From an uncultured Pseudomonadota bacterium (GTDB lineage Bacteria > Myxococcota_A > Polyangia > Fen-1088), in the NCBI GenBank assembly GCA_963847705.1, contig CAWKBC010000041.1, positions 16,418 to 80,417 of the forward strand: 64,000 nucleotides of DNA, written 5' to 3'. Each line of letters opens with the position of its first letter. Positions within the stretch are counted from its first letter, which is position 1. Under the pieces are notes generated by a model, which made no database searches, had not been told where the DNA came from, and was given only the letters and a program-made list of their open reading frames with translations. Of this stretch, positions 41,154-50,963 are shown in pieces. The translations under genes were made by a program, and so were the position numbers.

Positions 41154-42311
41154 ATGCCTCCTGCCCCTCTGATAGACGTCCGCAACCTCTCGAAGAGCTA
41201 CCGCGTCCACAAGCGCCCCCCTGGCCTGGGCGCCGCGCTGCGATCGGTGCTCAGCAGGAAGTACGAGCTGGTGAGGGCCGTCGAAGAGCTGTCATTCCAG
41301 ATCGGCGAGGGGGAGCGGGTCGGTTTTCTCGGTCCGAACGGCGCCGGGAAGACGACCACGCTCAAGGTTCTGGCGGGCCTGCTGCACCCGACGTCCGGCG
41401 CCGTCCGGGTGGGGTCGTACATCCCCCAGGATCGCGACCCGCGCTTCCTGCAGCTCATCACGCTGGTGATGGGGCAGAAGCAGCAGCTCCTCTGGGATCT
41501 GCCGCCGGCGGAGACCTACGCGATGAACCGCGCGATCTACGACATCCCCCGCGCCCAGGCCGAAGAGACGGTGCGCGCGCTGGTCGAGCTCCTGGAGATC
41601 GGCGACCTCGTCAACAAGCCGACCCGCCAGCTGTCGCTCGGCGAACGGATGAAGTGCGAGCTGGTGGCGGCGCTGCTCCACCGGCCGCGCGTCCTCTTCC
41701 TCGACGAGCCGACCATCGGGCTCGACGTCTCGATGCAGGCCAAGATGCGCGACTTCATCCGCGACTACAACGAGCGCTTCGGCGCGGCGGTGCTGCTCAC
41801 CAGCCACTACATGGACGACGTGGTGGCGCTCTGCCCGCGCGTGGTGGTCATCGACCACGGCCGGCTCATCTACGACGGCGACCTGCAGGAGCTGGCGCGG
41901 CGGGTGCGGCCCGACAAGCGTCTCACGGTGCGCCTCTCGCGCGCGGTCGAGCGCGCCGACCTGGAGAGGCTGGGGACCGTGGTCTCGGCGGACGCGGCGC
42001 ACGCCGTGCTGTCGGTCCCTCCGGCGCGGTTGCAGGCAGTGGTGCGCGACGCTCTGGCCGCGCTGCCGATCGTCGACCTGACCATCGAGGAGGCGCCGCT
42101 CGAGGAGGTGATGCGCGAGCTGTTCGGCGCCCGGGCCAAAGAGGCTCACGCCAGGGAGGCGCAGGCCAAGGAGACACAGGCCAAGGAGGCCCAGGCCAAG
42201 GACGCCCAGGCCAAGGACGCCCAGCCCAAGACGACGCAGGACACAGAGACGCAGGAAAAGGCGACCCAGGCCGCCACGGGGGCGCGCGACGAGACGCGCG
42301 CCCACGAATGA
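41154..42311 (+). CDS. ABC transporter ATP-binding protein
   Basis: GPNGAGKTT, LSLGERMK, FLDEPTIGLD, TSHYM. Confidence 0.95.
   Translation: MPPAPLIDVRNLSKSYRVHKRPPGLGAALRSVLSRKYELVRAVEELSFQIGEGERVGFLGPNGAGKTTTLKVLAGLLHPTSGAVRVGSYIPQDRDPRFLQLITLVMGQKQQLLWDLPPAETYAMNRAIYDIPRAQAEETVRALVELLEIGDLVNKPTRQLSLGERMKCELVAALLHRPRVLFLDEPTIGLDVSMQAKMRDFIRDYNERFGAAVLLTSHYMDDVVALCPRVVVIDHGRLIYDGDLQELARRVRPDKRLTVRLSRAVERADLERLGTVVSADAAHAVLSVPPARLQAVVRDALAALPIVDLTIEEAPLEEVMRELFGARAKEAHAREAQAKETQAKEAQAKDAQAKDAQPKTTQDTETQEKATQAATGARDETRAHE
42141..42275 (+). repeat. 15-bp coding tandem repeat (E/D-A-Q-A-K), about 9 degenerate copies
   Basis: gaggcgcaggccaag gagacacaggccaag gaggcccaggccaag gacgcccaggccaag and further degenerate copies. 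Confidence 0.8.
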
Positions 42312-43156
42312 CCAGCGCAGCGCCTCCGGTCCCGGCGCGCCCCGGGCTCGGCAGCGAGATGGGGCGTGCGGCCAAGGCGTTTCCCACCCTCCTGCGCATC
42401 GGCGTCTCCGAGGTGGTCGCCTACCGCGCCGAGTTCGTGGTCTGGATCCTCACCACCAACATGCCGCTCGTCATGCTGGCCATCTGGCACGCGGTGGCGG
42501 CGGACGGCCCGGTGGGCCGCTTCGATCAGCGCGCCTTCACCGCCTACTACCTGGGCGTGCTGGCGGTGCGCCTCCTGACCAGCAACTGGGCGGTCTGGCA
42601 GCTGTCGATGGAGATCCGCGACGGGACGCTGTCGGCCAAGCTGCTGCGACCGATCCACCCGATCCTGGCGCTGGCGGCCGAGCACCTCTCCGCGGTGCCG
42701 ATGCGCGCGGCGGTCATCTCGCCGGTGGTCGCCATCATGCTCTACAGCGGCTGGGATCGCCTGCTGCGCCACGACCCGGTGTTGCTGGTGATCCTCCTGG
42801 CCTCGCTGGTGGGCGCCTGGCTGCTGATCTTCTTCTCGATGGTGCTGATGGGCTCGCTGGCCTTCTTCGCCGAGAGCGCACTCGGGATCTTCGAGCTCTG
42901 GTTGGGCGTTCACGCCATCTTCTCGGGCTATCTGGTCCCGCTGGAGGCGCTGCCCCACTGGGTGCGCGGCGCCGCCAACGTGCTGCCGTTTCGGTTCATG
43001 CTGGGGTTTCCGGTGGAGACCCTGGTCGGGCTTCTGGGACGGCACGACGCCCTGATGGCCCTGGGCGCCCAGTGGGGTTATGTGGCGCTCTTCGGCCTGG
43101 CGGCGCTCTGGGTCTGGCGGGTCGGCCTGAAGACCTTCTCGGCTTACGGTGGATGA
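42308..43156 (+). CDS. ABC-2 family (DUF990-type) permease
   Basis: ATGA overlap; YRAE, EIRDGTLS..LLRP, SGYLVPL, LPF; six TM segments. Confidence 0.9.
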   Translation: MTSAAPPVPARPGLGSEMGRAAKAFPTLLRIGVSEVVAYRAEFVVWILTTNMPLVMLAIWHAVAADGPVGRFDQRAFTAYYLGVLAVRLLTSNWAVWQLSMEIRDGTLSAKLLRPIHPILALAAEHLSAVPMRAAVISPVVAIMLYSGWDRLLRHDPVLLVILLASLVGAWLLIFFSMVLMGSLAFFAESALGIFELWLGVHAIFSGYLVPLEALPHWVRGAANVLPFRFMLGFPVETLVGLLGRHDALMALGAQWGYVALFGLAALWVWRVGLKTFSAYGG

Positions 43157-43994
43157 CGTGCCCACCGTCGCCGCCCTCCCCCGTCCGTACGGCCCGGTCG
43201 CGCTGCTGCGCCGTTACGCCGGGCTGTTTCGCGTGCAGCTGGCGATCTCCGCGCTCACCGCGATGCAATACCGCACCGACTTCCTGGTGCGCGGCCTCAT
43301 CGCGATCCTCTGGATGGCGGTGACCCTGGCGCCGCTCCTGGTCGTCTTCGGCGTGCGCAAGACCGTCGCCGGCTGGTCGTTCCCCGAATCGCTGGTGGTG
43401 GTCGGCTGGTTCACGCTGCTGCACGCGGTGCTGGAAGGGGCCGTCAGCCCCAGCCTCACGGCCGTGGTCGAGCACGTCCGCCACGGCACGCTCGACTTCG
43501 TCCTGCTCAAGCCGGCCGATGCGCAGTTCCTGGTCTCGACCGCCAAGATCGAACCGTGGCACGTGGTCGACGTGTTCGGCGCGGTGGTCATCTTCTGCTA
43601 CGCCTTCAGCAAGCTCGGCCGCTGGCCACGCACGCTGGAGGTGGGCGCCGGGCTCGCCTTCCTGGCGCTGGCGGTGGTCATCCTCTATTCCTTCTGGATC
43701 CTGGTGGTGAGCGCGTCGTTCTGGGTGGTGAAGGTCGACAACCTCTCCTACCTGTTCGGATCGCTGTTCGACGCCGCCCGCTGGCCCATCACCGTCTTCC
43801 GGGGCGCCCTGCGGATCGTCTTCACCTTCGTCTTCCCGATCGCGCTTCTGACCACCTACCCGGCGATGGCGCTCCTGGGCGAGCTCGACGGCAAGACGGG
43901 TCTGGCGGCCCTGGCGGGCGGCCTCGCCTTCGCGGCCATCGCGCGCCGCGTGTGGCGCCGCGCGCTCGCCATGTACACCTCGGCCAGCTCCTGA
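43149..43994 (+). CDS. ABC-2 family (DUF990-type) permease
   Basis: QYRTDF, GTLDFVLLKP, RWPITVF, terminal YTSASS. Confidence 0.92.
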   Translation: MDDVPTVAALPRPYGPVALLRRYAGLFRVQLAISALTAMQYRTDFLVRGLIAILWMAVTLAPLLVVFGVRKTVAGWSFPESLVVVGWFTLLHAVLEGAVSPSLTAVVEHVRHGTLDFVLLKPADAQFLVSTAKIEPWHVVDVFGAVVIFCYAFSKLGRWPRTLEVGAGLAFLALAVVILYSFWILVVSASFWVVKVDNLSYLFGSLFDAARWPITVFRGALRIVFTFVFPIALLTTYPAMALLGELDGKTGLAALAGGLAFAAIARRVWRRALAMYTSASS

Positions 43995-43999
43995 TCGCC

Positions 44000-44091
44000 T
44001 GGACGGAGCCGAGCTTTGCCCGGCGCGGGTCCGCCCGCGGGGGGCAGCGTGAGTCCTTCGTGGGGGGTGGGGGGACCCTCTCAGGGTCCCA
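44000..44091 (-). repeat. Intergenic copy of the two-hairpin palindromic element
   Basis: Plus strand TGGACGGAG...GCTTTGC...CGCGGGGGG...GGGACCCT-CTC-AGGGTCCC is the reverse complement of the 27236 and 50890 copies. Confidence 0.75.
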
Positions 44092-44094
44092 CGT

Positions 44095-44514
44095 TCAAAC
44101 TGGCACTTTGACGGGGAGGTGGGCGCGGCGCTCGAGGCTGTAGGCCCAGGGGCGCGGGGCGACGGCGAACATCAGCGACGACCCCAGGAGCGCCACGTTC
44201 TTGCCGAAGTTGACCAGGTCCATCTGGCGCATCGCCGGGTCCCGGTCGGCCCAGAAGGCGTGCATGACGACCGTGACCGGCACGAAGAACAGGACCAGCG
44301 CCGCGATCCCGATGTCGGGGTAGATGCCGAGGATCAGCGTCACGCCCGCGACGCCGAGGAGGAGCCCGGCGACCGCCACGGCCACCCCGGGGAGGGGAAC
44401 GCCCATCGACCCGGCGGAGCGGGCCAGCGAATCGAAGTCGCTGAAGTGGTGGAAGGCGCTCAACAGATAAAACCCGCCCGCCAACAGCCGCCCCGCCAAG
44501 AAGAGTTCTTCCAT
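44095..44514 (-). CDS. DoxX family membrane protein
   Basis: GRLL.GGF, HAFW, NFGKN.ALLG; start refined to MEELF. Confidence 0.9.
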   Translation of the reverse strand: MEELFLAGRLLAGGFYLLSAFHHFSDFDSLARSAGSMGVPLPGVAVAVAGLLLGVAGVTLILGIYPDIGIAALVLFFVPVTVVMHAFWADRDPAMRQMDLVNFGKNVALLGSSLMFAVAPRPWAYSLERRAHLPVKVPV

Positions 44515-44600
44515 GCTCCCGTCCCCTTCTCCACGAAACGTAACCGCGCTCTCGACGGCAACAAGCCACTTCGTTAACGTGGGTGCCGATAACGGCCCCC

Positions 44601-46547
44601 ATGGAGATCGAGAGCGAAGCTGGTCCGTCCGAGGCGACAACCGTCCGCGAAATCGACGCCGCGGCACGCGCGCTGGCGGAGCGGTGGCGCGCCGGCGACC
44701 AGGACGATCTCGCGTTGCGGGCGGCCTGTGGCGGCGCGCTGAGCGATCTGCGCGGCGCGTACCGGCGGCGTCCCGAGGCGTTCAGCCCGGCCACGGTCAG
44801 CCTGCTGAAGGAGGTCGGCCGCGCCTTGTCGGCCCCGCAAGCGAGCCCGAGAGAGCCAGGTAAAGGACCCTGGAAGGGTCTTTTAGATCCCCCGCGGGCG
44901 AGCGTCGCCGGGCAGAGCCCGTCGACGCTCACGCGACTCCCCAGAAGGGTCCCCGCACCGGCATCCGGACCCCCGCCCCTGGAGGTCCTGCGCGACGTCT
45001 TCGGCTACCGATCCTTCCGGGCCGGTCAGCTGGAGATCATCGAGACGCTGCTCGCTGGACGGGACTGCGTGGGGGTGATGCCGACCGGCGCGGGGAAGTC
45101 GCTCACCTACCAGATCCCGGCGCGGGTCCTGGGCGGGATCACGCTGGTGGTCTCGCCCCTCATCGCGCTCATGAAGGACCAGGTCGATGCGATGACGGAG
45201 GTCGGGTTGCGCGCGACCTACCTCTCGGCGTCACTGCCACCCGAGGAGCGCCAGCGGCGGGTCCGGGCGCTCTCCGCGGGAGAGTACGAGCTCTGTTACG
45301 CGGCCCCCGAGGGAATTGAAGCCTCCGTGGGGCGCGTCCTCGGAGGCCTCGACCTCCGTCTCATCGCCGTCGACGAGGCGCATTGCATCAGCCAGTGGGG
45401 GCATGACTTCCGGCCGGCTTACCGGAACCTCACCGGCCTCAAGCGCAAGTTCGGCGGCGTGCCGATGCTGGCGCTGACCGCCACCGCCACCCCCGCCGTC
45501 ACCGCCGACATCATCGGGCAGCTGGCGATGATCGATCCGGCCTGCTTCCGCGGGCGCTTCTTCCGCCCGAACCTGCACATCTCGATGTACCGGAAGGGCG
45601 AGCACGACGGGACTGCCAGCGCCGGGACGAAGGGTGTCCGCTCGGCCATCACCAACCTGATTCACGCCCGGCGGGGGCAGAGCGGGATCGTCTACGCGCT
45701 CTCCCGCAAGGCCTGTGAGTCGCTGGCCGAGCACCTGCGCGACAGCGGCATCGCGGCGGCGGCCTACCACGCCGGGCTGGACCCGTCCGAGCGCACCCGG
45801 GTCCAGGATGCCTTCTCGCGCGACGAGGTCGACGTGGTGGTGGCGACGGTGGCGTTCGGGATGGGGATCGACAAATCGAACGTCCGCTACGTGATCCACC
45901 GGGACATGCCGCGCTCGATGGAGGCCTACTATCAGGAGATCGGCCGCGCCGGCCGCGACGGGATGCCGAGCGACTGCATCCTGTTTTATTCCTGGGCCGA
46001 CGTGATGGCCTTCGATCGCTTCGGTGAGCGACCCGGCGACGACGTGGATCCGGCCGCCCTCGCCCGCCAGCGCGATCAGATCCGCGAGATGTTCGCCTTC
46101 GCCTCGGCGCGCGACTGCCGCCACCGGCTGGTGGTCCGCCACCTCGGGGAGCAGATGGAGCGCTGTGGCGAGTCGTGCGACAGCTGCGCCGGCCTCGATC
46201 CGCTGGCGGCCGCGCGGACCGCCCGGCGGACGCCCCGGCGTCCGGTGGCGAGCCCCACCGACCGGCCGGCGCGCGCGCCCGAGGAGCTGACGGTGGAGAC
46301 CGCCGAGCTCTTCGATCGGCTCAAGACCCTGCGGCGATCTCTGGCGGTCGCACGCAGCGTTCCGGCCTACGTCGTCTTCAGCGACGCGACGCTGATGCGG
46401 ATCGCCGAGGAACGGCCGAGCTCGCCTGACGCGCTGCTCGGGATCTCCGGCATCGGACCGAAGAAGCTCGAGCTGTACGGCGACGCCTTGCTAGAGCTGG
46501 TGGGCCAAGGCCCCACTTCACCGAGCGCCGGCGATGGCCAGGTTTGA
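44601..46547 (+). CDS. recQ: RecQ family ATP-dependent DNA helicase with HRDC domain
   Basis: FGY.SFR.GQ, MPTGAGKS, DEAHCISQWGHDFRP, QEIGRAGRDG, Zn-site Cys residues, VPAYVVFSDATL. Confidence 0.94.
   Translation: MEIESEAGPSEATTVREIDAAARALAERWRAGDQDDLALRAACGGALSDLRGAYRRRPEAFSPATVSLLKEVGRALSAPQASPREPGKGPWKGLLDPPRASVAGQSPSTLTRLPRRVPAPASGPPPLEVLRDVFGYRSFRAGQLEIIETLLAGRDCVGVMPTGAGKSLTYQIPARVLGGITLVVSPLIALMKDQVDAMTEVGLRATYLSASLPPEERQRRVRALSAGEYELCYAAPEGIEASVGRVLGGLDLRLIAVDEAHCISQWGHDFRPAYRNLTGLKRKFGGVPMLALTATATPAVTADIIGQLAMIDPACFRGRFFRPNLHISMYRKGEHDGTASAGTKGVRSAITNLIHARRGQSGIVYALSRKACESLAEHLRDSGIAAAAYHAGLDPSERTRVQDAFSRDEVDVVVATVAFGMGIDKSNVRYVIHRDMPRSMEAYYQEIGRAGRDGMPSDCILFYSWADVMAFDRFGERPGDDVDPAALARQRDQIREMFAFASARDCRHRLVVRHLGEQMERCGESCDSCAGLDPLAAARTARRTPRRPVASPTDRPARAPEELTVETAELFDRLKTLRRSLAVARSVPAYVVFSDATLMRIAEERPSSPDALLGISGIGPKKLELYGDALLELVGQGPTSPSAGDGQV
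44861..44933 (+). repeat. Two-hairpin palindromic element, in frame in the recQ N-terminal linker
   Basis: TAAAGGACCCT-GGA-AGGGTCTTTTA, CCCCCGCG, GAGCGTCGCCGGGC-AGA-GCCCGTCGACGCTC. Confidence 0.65.
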
Positions 46548-46609
46548 TCCGGGTCGGGATGAGAGCCGAGGTGGGGGCCGGGAGGCGGGCGGGAGGCGGG
46601 GAAGACGCG

Positions 46610-47062
46610 ATGGGAGTGGAAGCAAGCATTCGGACGCTGATCGCGTTCCTGCACGACGAGCTGGCGACGGTGGCCAGCTACCGGCGCGCGCTGCCGGGGT
46701 TTGCGGAGGCGCCCGATGGTGAGGAGCTGCGCGCCTGCCTCGCCTCGCACGAGCGGCGGATCGCCACCCTGGAACAGCGAATTCGTTTTCTGGGCGGCGA
46801 TCCGAACGAGCGAGAAAAGGAACAAGACGGCGAACGAAACGACGCCGCCCCGCTGACGGCCCCCGCGCCTGGCCCGGGCGACGCGGCGGACGCTGCGATC
46901 ACGGCGCTGGAGGCGAGCGAGGATCGCGGTCTCAAGCACTACCTCGACGACGTTTGCAAGCTGGATCGGGACACGCGCAGCTTGGTGGCGCGCGAGATCC
47001 TCCCCGAGCAGGTGCGCACCTACGACTCGCTGACCGACCTGAAGCTGACCAGACGTTTGTAA
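46610..47062 (+). CDS. Ferritin-like (DUF2383-type) protein
   Basis: DEL..V.SY..AL, SHERR...L...I..LGG.P, LEASED.GL..Y. Confidence 0.8.
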   Translation: MGVEASIRTLIAFLHDELATVASYRRALPGFAEAPDGEELRACLASHERRIATLEQRIRFLGGDPNEREKEQDGERNDAAPLTAPAPGPGDAADAAITALEASEDRGLKHYLDDVCKLDRDTRSLVAREILPEQVRTYDSLTDLKLTRRL

Positions 47063-47182
47063 TCGGGACCCTAAAAGGGTCCCGCGATGTGACGCCGGCG
47101 GGGGCGATCCGCGCCGGAGGCAATCGACGGCTGCCGTTGCTTCGCTCACGCTCGGAGCTCCGCGGTCGGGGTATGCTGCGGC

Positions 47183-48688
47183 ATGCTCGCCCGGGCCGGC
47201 GCCCGCCTCGTCGCCGTTGCGATCTCGTTGGCAGGCGCGCGAGCGGCGGTCGCTGCGCCGGCCAGCGCCGTCGGCACGGGGGCGAGCGATCCCGGCGATC
47301 TCGCCGGGGCCGCCGGCCCGTCCGCGGCCGACGCCGTGGCGTTCACCGATCCGCGCTTCGGCCCCCGCTATGTGATCGAGACGGTGCGGATCACCGGCAA
47401 CCGCAAGACGGCGACCTCACTCATCGTCGGGGAGCTGGCGGTGCTGGGCCTGGGACCCGGCGTCTCCCTCGATGCCTCCGATTCCAGGGTCGAGGCGGCG
47501 CGCTACCGACTGCTCTCGCTCGGCTACTTTCTCGACGTGCACCTCTCGGTGGCGCGCGGCTCGAAGCGCGGGTCGGTGGTGCTGATCGTCGATGTCGAGG
47601 AACGCGGCACGCTGGTCATCAACGAGCTCTTCCCGGCCACCAGTGAAGCCACCCTGTTCTGGGGCGGCGCCGACGCCTCGGAGATGAACTTCCTCGGGCG
47701 CGGGATCAACCTGGGGGCCGGGTTCGTCGTCTCGACCAAGCCAATCGTTCCCGAGGCGCACGCCGGTCTGGGGTTGCGGCTGCACATCGGCGTTCCGCCG
47801 CTCGGCAGCCCCGACGGCGTCGGCCTGTCGGTGACCGGTCTTTACAATGACGGCAGCGAGTTTTACCGGACGTCGGGGCCGGACAGCGACGCCGATCCGG
47901 GTCGCTTCATCGCCACGCGGGTCCGTCGGGTCGGGGGCGTGCTGACCGCCGGCAAGATGTTCCCCCACAACCTGCACGTCACGGCGGCCTTCCGAATGGA
48001 GCAGCTCTCCGCCACGCTGCCGCCCACCGCGCTGCAGTCGCGGACGCTCCCCGATGGCAGCCAGGTCCCCATCGATTTCATGGTGCAGGACGGGCAGAGC
48101 CGGGTCGGCACCCTCGCCGCCAGCCTCGATTACGACACCCGCTCGGACCCCGTGCTGCCACGCTCCGGAATGCGGCTGGCGCTCTCCGGTGAGGTGGGGA
48201 CGGCGCTGCTCGGCTCGAGCTACAGCTACGTCAAGACGGTCTTCAACGGGTCGGTCTACCTGAAGATGCCGCACGGGCACGCGCTCGGCTTTCACCTGTT
48301 CGCTGGCTCGATCGAAGGCAATGCCCCCTACTTCGACCGGTTCTTCATCGGCGATCTCGACCTCTTGCTGCCCCGACGCGCGCTGGGGATCAACTTCTCC
48401 ACCCAGCCCGCCTCCAGCTTTCTGGGGACGTCGATCGCCGCCCAACGCTACGACAACTACGCGGGCCGGTTCCTGGTCGAATACGCGGTCCCGGTCTGGC
48501 GCCACCACGGCTGGGTCTACGGCGGTGACGCCTTCGTGGCGTTCGGCCTGCTGGGGATGGCCAGCGACGAGGACATGCTCTCCTCGCCGCCGCTGGCTCT
48601 GACGGGCGATCTCGGGCTTCGCCTCGACACCTACGTCGGCGTCTTCACCGTCTCGATCGCCAACGTGCTCAGCCGCAGCTCCTTTTGA
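47183..48688 (+). CDS. Omp85 (BamA/TamA-like) outer membrane protein with one POTRA domain
   Basis: I.GN.KT, LGYF.DV, V.VEER, E.NFLGRG, YDTR.DP..P.SG; terminal Phe. Confidence 0.88.
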   Translation: MLARAGARLVAVAISLAGARAAVAAPASAVGTGASDPGDLAGAAGPSAADAVAFTDPRFGPRYVIETVRITGNRKTATSLIVGELAVLGLGPGVSLDASDSRVEAARYRLLSLGYFLDVHLSVARGSKRGSVVLIVDVEERGTLVINELFPATSEATLFWGGADASEMNFLGRGINLGAGFVVSTKPIVPEAHAGLGLRLHIGVPPLGSPDGVGLSVTGLYNDGSEFYRTSGPDSDADPGRFIATRVRRVGGVLTAGKMFPHNLHVTAAFRMEQLSATLPPTALQSRTLPDGSQVPIDFMVQDGQSRVGTLAASLDYDTRSDPVLPRSGMRLALSGEVGTALLGSSYSYVKTVFNGSVYLKMPHGHALGFHLFAGSIEGNAPYFDRFFIGDLDLLLPRRALGINFSTQPASSFLGTSIAAQRYDNYAGRFLVEYAVPVWRHHGWVYGGDAFVAFGLLGMASDEDMLSSPPLALTGDLGLRLDTYVGVFTVSIANVLSRSSF

Positions 48689-49410
48689 TGTGGTGCCGCC
48701 GGATCGCCGCCGCCGTGGTCCTCGCCAGCGCGCTGGCGGCCGGCCCGGCCTCCGCCTGGGCCGCCGATCCCGCCCCTCTCCGGGTGGTCGGCTTCGCCAC
48801 CAAGAACGGTCGCCTCACCGTGTCGGTCGGGCTGCAGGATCTGTTCGGCGAGGCCGAGCGAGAGCGCTTGAAGTCGGGGTTCGCCACCCGCGTCCTGGTC
48901 CGCGCCGCGCTCGAGGAGGCCGCCACCGGCGAGCCCGTCGCCGTCGCCGTGCAGCGGGCCGAGATCGTGTACGACATCTGGGATGAGAAGTTCGGCGTGC
49001 GCACCTCCGACGGTCTGGGCGTCGAGCGGCGCGCCGTCTCCCCCACGGCCGACGAGGCGATCTGGCGCGCCGCCGTCCTGTTCGAGGTCCCGATGGTCGA
49101 CATGGCCCGTCTGCGCCCCGGCGCCGAGTACGTGCTGGCCGTGCGCGGCGATCTCAACCCGATCTCCGAGGACCTGCTGATCGAGGTGCGCCGCTGGCTG
49201 GTTCAGCCGGCGCGCGGGCAGCGCCGCCTCGGGGCCGGTGACAGCTTCTTCGGTTCGTTCGTCAGCATCTTCGTCAACCCGCGCATCGAAGACAGCGAGC
49301 GCCAGGTTCGTTTCGTCTCGCAGCCGTTCGTGCTGGGCGCCGCGGCACCATCGCCCTCGCCATCGCCCTCATCGCCGCAGCCGAGGCCGCAACCAGGGAG
49401 GTTACGCTGA
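48688..49410 (+). CDS. DUF4390-like exported protein
   Basis: Signal peptide; L.SG; YDIWDE.F; lies between Omp85 and an NtrY-like kinase. Confidence 0.75.
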   Translation: MWCRRIAAAVVLASALAAGPASAWAADPAPLRVVGFATKNGRLTVSVGLQDLFGEAERERLKSGFATRVLVRAALEEAATGEPVAVAVQRAEIVYDIWDEKFGVRTSDGLGVERRAVSPTADEAIWRAAVLFEVPMVDMARLRPGAEYVLAVRGDLNPISEDLLIEVRRWLVQPARGQRRLGAGDSFFGSFVSIFVNPRIEDSERQVRFVSQPFVLGAAAPSPSPSPSSPQPRPQPGRLR

Positions 49411-50945
49411 TGAAGCTGTTGCGTCTGCCCGGGCGCTTCGAATGGAAGATCCTGCTCGCCCTCTTCACCGTCGCCTCGCTGCCGCTGGGCGCGACGGCCT
49501 ACCTCATGTCGGTGACGATCGGCCGCGTCGAGGCGATCACCGACCAACACCAGGAGGCGGTCCGCCAGTCGCTGGGGGGCGCGGTCGAAGTCTACAAGGC
49601 CTACTTCGAGAAGATGAAGGACAGCTTCCACGCGCGGGCGGCGGAGATCGCCGCCGGCCCGGTCGACCATGCGGCCGATCTGGCCGACGTGTCCGATCTC
49701 CTGCACGCCCGGATTCTCTCGGGCGCGCGCGTCGTCGACGAGTGGTCGGCGCCGCCCGCGGTGATCGCCGACGCGCGCGAGGCGCCGCCCAACCTGGTCG
49801 CGCTGCCCGTGACCGGCGGCGAGCCGCGCGGCGAGCCACGCATCTTGGAGCTGACCTTCGGGATCCCGCGCGAGATCTACGCCAACTTCCTGGCGCTGCG
49901 GGCGGCGATGGAGGAGGAGCACGAGCTCGATCGCCTGCTGCCGGTGGTGTTGCCGCGCATCTTCCACGGCCTGGGCGTGGCGCTGGTGGTGGTGCTCTTG
50001 ATCGCGGCGGCGCTGGGCCTCTTCATTGCACGGCGCGCCACCGGCCGGGTCGCCGCGCTCAGTGACGCCGCCCGCCGCGTCGGCGAGGGGGATCTCACCG
50101 TGCGGGTGGCGCCGCGCGGCTCCGACGAGCTCGACGATCTCGGGCGCGCCTTCGATCGCATGGTCGCCGAGCTGTCGGAGGCGCGGTCGCGCCTCGGCTA
50201 CATGCAGAAGCTGGCCGCCTGGCAGGAGGTGGCCCGGCGGCTGGCCCACGAGATCAAGAACCCGCTGACGCCGATCCAGCTGGCCGTGCAGGAGCTGGCC
50301 TCGAAGTACCGCGGCGGCGATCCCGGGTACGAGAAGCTGCTCGGCACCGCGCAGGAGATCCTCACCGAGGAGGTGGGCGCCATCCGCCGTCTGGTCGACG
50401 ATTTTTCGGCGTTCGCCAAGCTCCCCAAGGTCGAGCCGGCCCCGGTCGACCTCGGCCAGGTGGTCGACGACTTCTCCCGCGCGCACCCCGAGTGGCAGAA
50501 GGCGTTGCAGGTCGAGCGGCGCGGCCCGGTCGGTGCGCTCTGCGACCGGATGTTGATCCGACGCGTGCTGGCCAACCTGGTGGAGAACGCCGTCCAGGCC
50601 GCCGAGGCGGTCGGGCGCGAGCCGGCGGTGAGGATCGCTCTTGCAGAAGGGGACAGCGCGGCCTCGCTCTTCGTGGACCTCTTCGTGGACGACAACGGCC
50701 CCGGCGTGGCGGGCGACGCGCGCGAGCGGATCTTCGACCCCTACATGACCACCAAGGAGCACGGCACCGGGCTGGGGCTGGCCATCGTCCGCAAGATCAT
50801 GCTCGACCACGGCGGCGACGTGCGGGTCGCGGAGACGCCGTCTCCGCTGGGCGGCGCGCGCTTCGTCGTCACCCTCCCCGTCGTTCATTCCAGGGGACCT
50901 TCAGAGGTTCCCCTGGCCCCCCCGCGACGGACTTCGGTCGGCTGA
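49410..50945 (+). CDS. HAMP-domain NtrY-like sensor histidine kinase
   Basis: Two TM segments, HAMP, AWQEVARRLAHEIKNPLTPIQL, DNGPG, GTGLGL. Confidence 0.94.
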   Translation: MKLLRLPGRFEWKILLALFTVASLPLGATAYLMSVTIGRVEAITDQHQEAVRQSLGGAVEVYKAYFEKMKDSFHARAAEIAAGPVDHAADLADVSDLLHARILSGARVVDEWSAPPAVIADAREAPPNLVALPVTGGEPRGEPRILELTFGIPREIYANFLALRAAMEEEHELDRLLPVVLPRIFHGLGVALVVVLLIAAALGLFIARRATGRVAALSDAARRVGEGDLTVRVAPRGSDELDDLGRAFDRMVAELSEARSRLGYMQKLAAWQEVARRLAHEIKNPLTPIQLAVQELASKYRGGDPGYEKLLGTAQEILTEEVGAIRRLVDDFSAFAKLPKVEPAPVDLGQVVDDFSRAHPEWQKALQVERRGPVGALCDRMLIRRVLANLVENAVQAAEAVGREPAVRIALAEGDSAASLFVDLFVDDNGPGVAGDARERIFDPYMTTKEHGTGLGLAIVRKIMLDHGGDVRVAETPSPLGGARFVVTLPVVHSRGPSEVPLAPPRRTSVG

Positions 50946-50963
50946 GCCGAGCTCCGTCCACGC
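50890..50963 (+). repeat. Two-hairpin palindromic element forming the overlapping 3' ends of two convergent genes
   Basis: CCAGGGGACCT-TCAG-AGGTTCCCCTGG, CCCCCCGCGACGGACTTCG, TCGGC-TGA-GCCGA, CTCCGTCCACGC. Confidence 0.8.
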
